The notes under the pieces are model-generated. The model did not search any database and was not told the DNA's origin. It saw nothing but the letters and a program-made list of their open reading frames with translations. Position numbers and translations under genes: made by a program. Below are positions 23,648 through 27,495 of a DNA stretch of 27,495 bases, in pieces. Source of the stretch: Dehalococcoidia bacterium (GTDB taxonomy: Bacteria; Chloroflexota; Dehalococcoidia; Dehalococcoidales; BS750m-G39); contig SOKR01000167.1 of assembly GCA_004375675.1 (NCBI GenBank), positions 1 through 27,495 of the forward strand, read 5' to 3'. The stretch's first letter is position 1. Every line of letters begins with the position of its first letter.

Positions 23648-23673
23648 CATCCTGATTTAGTTACGGAGTTATT

Positions 23674-23814
23674 GTGCCTAAGAGAACTTATCAACCAAAG
23701 AATATTCCCCGAAAAAGAGAGCATGGCTTTCGAGCCAGAATGAGTACCCGTGGCGGTCGGAGTGTCTTGAAGGCACGACGGCTTAAGGGACGTAAGCGCT
23801 TGACCGTGGTGTAA
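23674..23814 (+). CDS. rpmH: 50S ribosomal protein L34 (absent from the ORF track)
   Basis: My translation from GTG gives [46 protein letters not shown] (46 aa); it directly precedes rnpA. Confidence 0.98.
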   Translation: MPKRTYQPKNIPRKREHGFRARMSTRGGRSVLKARRLKGRKRLTVV

Positions 23815-23816
23815 CC

Positions 23817-24179
23817 ATGCGAGGCGAAGAATACCTTACCAGGTCGGAGCAATATACCCTGGTCTATGAGAAGGGTAGCTCCTGGGCAAGTGACCTGATT
23901 GTGATGAAGGCTTTGCCTAACCAGCTTGCCCGGTCCCGGTACGGGTTATCGGTGAGCCGTCGGCTGGGTGGGGCGGTGGTGAGAAACCGGGTTAAGCGCC
24001 GAATGCGCGAAATCCTGCGCGCGTTGCCGCTGGAGGGGGGATGGGATATCATCTTTATCGCCCGTCCTAAAGCGGCGGCGGCCAGTTTCGCCAGTCTGGA
24101 GAAAACAGTCCGGGGGTTACTTTCCCGGGCCAGAATTTTAGCGAGGGAGCATGAAGGAACTTGCCTTAGGGCTAATTAA
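23817..24179 (+). CDS. rnpA: Ribonuclease P protein component
   Basis: [25 protein letters not shown] (RNR motif); DIIFIAR. Confidence 0.96.
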   Translation: MRGEEYLTRSEQYTLVYEKGSSWASDLIVMKALPNQLARSRYGLSVSRRLGGAVVRNRVKRRMREILRALPLEGGWDIIFIARPKAAAASFASLEKTVRGLLSRARILAREHEGTCLRAN

Positions 24180-24384
24180 GTTTTATCAGGCTACGATTTC
24201 GCGGATTATGCCGTCTAATTGCCGTTTTACCCCGACCTGTTCTCAATATACCTATGAAGCTATCTCTCGTTTTGGCTTTTTTAAGGGGGGCTGGATGGGG
24301 GCGAGGCGCATCGCCCGCTGCCACCCGTTTCGTGCCGGCGGCTATGACCCGGTGCCGCATGTTGACTACGGAGGGAACGGCTAA
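24151..24384 (+). CDS. yidD: Membrane protein insertion efficiency factor YidD
   Basis: LIKFYQ..IS....[21 protein letters not shown]...RI.RCHPF..GGYDPVP. Confidence 0.95.
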   Translation: MKELALGLIKFYQATISRIMPSNCRFTPTCSQYTYEAISRFGFFKGGWMGARRIARCHPFRAGGYDPVPHVDYGGNG

Positions 24385-25551
24385 GTGAGGATTAGAAACA
24401 GGGCGCTGCCAGTGGGCAAGATTAGCCTGTTGATTGTTTTGCTCTTGGTGGGGTTGTTGGTGACTGGCTGTACCGGCATCAGGGGTTCCCCTGAAGGCGG
24501 TTCCGGCGCCATGATAGTCGAGGGGACTATATTTTTGTCTCCCTCCTTGGCGCAAGCGGGGGGCTTCGGCTGTTCGGCGCCGGCGGCGGAAGGTAAGCTG
24601 GTGGCGTTGAACGCGGAGACTGGCGTCCAGCGCTGGGAGGTCCCGCTGGGAGGGGCGGTGCCATCGGGCGGCTTCGGCTGTGCCCAGACGACGACACCGG
24701 TGGCTATTTACGGCAGCCCCGCTTTGTACGAAGACCTGGTCTATGTTGCCGGCTATAACGGCAAGGTTTATGCTCTTAATGCCGAGTCGGGGGCGTTGCG
24801 CTGGGTCTATCCCCGTGAAGGTAATATAGACTCTATCGTTGGCGGTATAGTAATAGCCCTGGATAAGCTTTATTTCAGTTGCGCCGACGGTAATGTTTAC
24901 GCCCTGGACGCGGCTACCGGAGATATGCTCTGGGAGTTCGCCACCGAGGACAAGATATGGTCAACGCCGGCTGTTGACGGGGGGACGCTATACGTGAGCT
25001 CCTTCGATAAGAAGCTCTATGCCATCAGCGCCGTCGATGGCAGTGAAAAATGGCAGTTTGAGGCGGAGGGGGCTTTCGCTTCTACGCCGCTGGTCGATAA
25101 CGGCACGATTTATATCGGCGCCATCGATCGCTACTTCTATGCTATAAATGCCGCCGACGGCGCGGTGAAGTGGGAATTCCAGGCGGAAAAGTGGTTCTGG
25201 ACGAGGGCGGTGGTTTTTGAGGATACTATCTACGTCGGCTGTTTCGATAATAAGGTCTACGCCTTAAATGCCTTAAGCGGGGAGAAGATAGCCGAGTTCG
25301 ACCTGGAGAGCCCGGTCCGTTCCTGGCCGGTTCTGGCCGAAGACAGGGTTCTTATCGCCACTGAGGAAGGCAAGATATACACCATAGATGCGGTTAATAA
25401 TCAGCTCGGGCTTTTTGCCGATTTAGCGGAGACGATATACGCCCCGCTTTCCTTAAGCGAGGGCGTTCTCTATGTTTATACCCAGGAGCAGAACCTTCAT
25501 GCCCTTAACGCCGATACCGGGGTGAGGATGTGGATTCAACCCATTGACTAA
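24385..25551 (+). CDS. PQQ-like (BamB-like) beta-propeller repeat lipoprotein
   Basis: Basic N-terminus, hydrophobic stretch and lipobox VTG-C; repeated blades (vYalna.tG...W.f); SD GGAGG inside yidD. Confidence 0.85.
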   Translation: MRIRNRALPVGKISLLIVLLLVGLLVTGCTGIRGSPEGGSGAMIVEGTIFLSPSLAQAGGFGCSAPAAEGKLVALNAETGVQRWEVPLGGAVPSGGFGCAQTTTPVAIYGSPALYEDLVYVAGYNGKVYALNAESGALRWVYPREGNIDSIVGGIVIALDKLYFSCADGNVYALDAATGDMLWEFATEDKIWSTPAVDGGTLYVSSFDKKLYAISAVDGSEKWQFEAEGAFASTPLVDNGTIYIGAIDRYFYAINAADGAVKWEFQAEKWFWTRAVVFEDTIYVGCFDNKVYALNALSGEKIAEFDLESPVRSWPVLAEDRVLIATEEGKIYTIDAVNNQLGLFADLAETIYAPLSLSEGVLYVYTQEQNLHALNADTGVRMWIQPID

Positions 25552-25569
25552 TAGTGAGGTAGGTTTTTA

Positions 25570-26520
25570 GTGGGAATAGGTGATATCTGGAATCTAATCG
25601 CCATGCAGCCGGTGATAAACACCCTGGTTGTGATGACTCACTATCTCTTCAATAGCTTCGGGCTGGCTATCATCGCCCTGACGCTTATCGTTAACGGCGC
25701 GATGTTCCCCCTGACCCTTAAGCAGATTCGCGCTTCCAAGGCAATGCAGGCGATGCAGCCCAAGATTGCCGAGCTTAAGAAGAAGTACGGCAAAGACAAG
25801 GAGAAAATGGCCCGGGAGCAGATGAAGCTCTATAAGGAGTCGGGGGTTAGCCCGGCTGGCTGCCTGCTGCCGCTGTTAATCCAGATGCCTATCTGGATTG
25901 CCCTGTTCCAGTCAATAATGCGGGTGCTGGCGGTAATCCCGGAGAATCTGGCGGGGCTTTCCCAGTATCTCTATTCCTGGCCGGTGGTTTATTCCACGCT
26001 GCCGCTGTCTAACGAGTTCCTCTGGTTGAACCTGGCTACCGGCGACATATTCCTGGCGCTGCTGGTGGGGGGCACGATGTGGATGCAGCAGAAGATGGTG
26101 ATGACCACATCGCCCGACCCCGGCCAGAGGACACAGAGCACCTTGATGCTCTGGATGTTGCCCATTATGTTTGCCTGGTTGACTCTGTCGTTCCCCAGCG
26201 GGCTGGCCCTTTTCTGGGTGACTTCGAACCTGTTTAGAATCGGTTTGCAGTACTGGATCGGGGGGTGGGGAGGCCTGGTGAAGTCATCGCCCAAGAAGGA
26301 TACCGGCCGGGATAAGAAGTATAAACAACGCATCGCCGAGGTGGAGAAAGCGCCTGTGGGCGGTGCTGACGTCGTGCCCAGTTCGGCACGGGAAGAGGAT
26401 GTGAGCTATGAAGAGTCTGGAGACAAGCGGCCGGACAGTGGAGGAGGCTATCCAAAAAGCCCTAGAGACACTAAACCTAAGTCGCGAAGAGGTGGAGGTC
26501 GCCGTCGTAAAAGAGGGTAA
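25570..26520 (+). CDS. yidC: YidC/Oxa1 membrane protein insertase, short form lacking the periplasmic P1 domain, with a long basic C-tail
   Basis: FGLAIIALT, PLTLKQ, MQPKIAELKKKY, GCLLPLLIQMPIWIALF, FPSGLALFWVTSNLF. Confidence 0.95.
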   Translation: MGIGDIWNLIAMQPVINTLVVMTHYLFNSFGLAIIALTLIVNGAMFPLTLKQIRASKAMQAMQPKIAELKKKYGKDKEKMAREQMKLYKESGVSPAGCLLPLLIQMPIWIALFQSIMRVLAVIPENLAGLSQYLYSWPVVYSTLPLSNEFLWLNLATGDIFLALLVGGTMWMQQKMVMTTSPDPGQRTQSTLMLWMLPIMFAWLTLSFPSGLALFWVTSNLFRIGLQYWIGGWGGLVKSSPKKDTGRDKKYKQRIAEVEKAPVGGADVVPSSAREEDVSYEESGDKRPDSGGGYPKSPRDTKPKSRRGGGRRRKRG

Positions 26521-27058
26521 GCACGGTATCCTGGGTCTGGGAGCCGAGGACGCTATAGTAAGAGTTGAGCCTCTGGCCAGCGCGCCGGAGAATATGGACG
26601 ATATGGCCAAGGAGGTCCTGGAGACCCTTTTGGCCCGGATGGGGGTGACGGCTTCGGTGGACTGCCAGACCAAACCCCCGGTGGGGGATGGTGAGGGGGT
26701 CATTACCCTTGATGTGACCGGTGACGACCTTGGTATCCTTATCGGGCGGCGGGGGCAGACACTCTCCTCTCTGCAGTATGTCGTCCGGCTTATCGTGGCC
26801 CATCAGACTCAGGCTCGGGTGCCTGTAGTTATCGATGTCGAAGGCTATAAACAGCGCCGCTACGAGGCGTTGCAGGCTTTGGCCCAGCGCATGGCGGAGC
26901 AGGTCAAGACCAGGGGCAGGCCGTTTACCCTGGAGCCGATGCTGGCTTACGAGAGGCGTATTATCCACCTGGCCTTAGCCGATGACCCCGATGTCACCAC
27001 CGAGAGCGTTGGTGAGGGCGAGACACGCAAGGTGGTCATTATGCCCCGGGAGCAATAG
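26408..27058 (+). CDS. jag: RNA-binding protein Jag/EloR/KhpB (Jag-N, KH, R3H)
   Basis: SGRTVEEAIQKALETL..GKHGILGLG; LIGRRGQTLSSLQY; MLAYERRIIH (R3H); SD-like GAGGA upstream. Confidence 0.95.
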   Translation: MKSLETSGRTVEEAIQKALETLNLSREEVEVAVVKEGKHGILGLGAEDAIVRVEPLASAPENMDDMAKEVLETLLARMGVTASVDCQTKPPVGDGEGVITLDVTGDDLGILIGRRGQTLSSLQYVVRLIVAHQTQARVPVVIDVEGYKQRRYEALQALAQRMAEQVKTRGRPFTLEPMLAYERRIIHLALADDPDVTTESVGEGETRKVVIMPREQ

Positions 27059-27063
27059 CCATA

Positions 27064-27086
27064 CGGGTGACATTGACAGTCGCCCG
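27064..27086. other. Stem-loop after jag
   Basis: CGGGTGAC-attgaca-GTCGCCCG (8 bp with one G:U); no U-tract. Confidence 0.45.
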
Positions 27087-27133
27087 ATAAGCTGGCTTTG
27101 ATTGCTTGAAGAATAAGAGAAAGGGGGCAAGAA

Positions 27134-27495
27134 ATGGCGAAGATTGACTGGGCGGGGCTTAGCGAGGAGATGGAGCGTTTGCTGCACCTGAAAGCAAGCC
27201 CCGTTGCCTATAAGAGATTGGAGAAGTTGGAAGAGCTGGAGAAAATACCGGAGGTGATGCGCCTCGACCGCCGGGCTTCTTTTTGCCAGGTGCCGGCGAT
27301 GGTCCGAACCATAGGCTTGACGGTGGGGGCGACCAGAGACAACTTCGGCGAGCGCTGCGCTCGAATCAACGGCCTGGCGCCGACTACCGAGAAGCAGGTC
27401 GCCTGGGAGGCGGAAGCCTTCGCTAATACCTGGTTTGCCAACGTGGAAGAAGCCAGAAAGCAAATGGCGGTCTACCCCACAGTCCCGCCCGGAGA
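27134..27495 (+). CDS. 5' part of a DUF169-like protein (truncated by the window edge)
   Basis: My translation gives MAKIDWAGLSEEMERLLHLKASPVAYKRLE...FCQVPAMVRTIGLTVGATRDNFGERCARING...; the L.L...PVa..FCQ...R..G..C pattern resembles DUF169; purine-rich SD region upstream. Confidence 0.6.
   Translation, partial: MAKIDWAGLSEEMERLLHLKASPVAYKRLEKLEELEKIPEVMRLDRRASFCQVPAMVRTIGLTVGATRDNFGERCARINGLAPTTEKQVAWEAEAFANTWFANVEEARKQMAVYPTVPPG

Noticed and set aside
23555-23673. oriC/DnaA-box cluster upstream of rpmH
   Set aside because: No TTATCCACA-type boxes seen; the gap is accounted for by a hairpin and a consensus promoter.
26975-27463. Minus-strand ORFs at the right edge
   Set aside because: They are antisense to the DUF169-like plus-strand frame, which the track missed only because it lacks a stop within the window.
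1-27495. CRISPR arrays, IS elements, prophage or defence genes
   Set aside because: No regularly spaced repeats, and no transposase, integrase, phage or nuclease motifs were found.

Overview
A 27.5-kb, moderately GC-rich bacterial window. Gene content and order suggest an anaerobic Chloroflexota (Dehalococcoidia-like) genome; this is inference, not a database result. Block 1 (1-5800, +) covers nitrogen assimilation: the 3' end of a class-II glutamine amidotransferase, hisF, a split archaeal-type glutamate synthase (ferredoxin+FMN subunit and GXGXG subunit), glnA and an NrpR-family repressor. Block 2 (5903-8557, +) is a single-chain Mop-type molybdenum aldehyde oxidoreductase. Block 3 (17790 to 8696, -) is a nine-gene redox operon: two divergent VAO/PCMH-like flavoproteins flanking a ferredoxin+CCG Fe-S protein, a Cys-rich microprotein, CoxG/M/S/L-type molybdenum hydroxylase subunits that are not CO dehydrogenase, and a C2H2-like zinc-finger microprotein. 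Block 4 holds a Zn-ribbon microprotein, an orphan ADP-forming acyl-CoA synthetase alpha subunit, an exported beta-helix membrane protein, trxB and tRNA-Asp. Block 5 is a housekeeping run: rpsF-ssb-rpsR-rpmH-rnpA-yidD-(beta-propeller lipoprotein)-yidC-jag, followed by a partial DUF169-like gene. The ORF track misses rpmH, tRNA-Asp and both edge-truncated genes. I saw no mobile element, integrase or CRISPR array. The best candidates for undescribed systems are the nine-gene flavin/Fe-S/Mo operon and the BamB-like lipoprotein inserted just upstream of a YidC that lacks the periplasmic domain.
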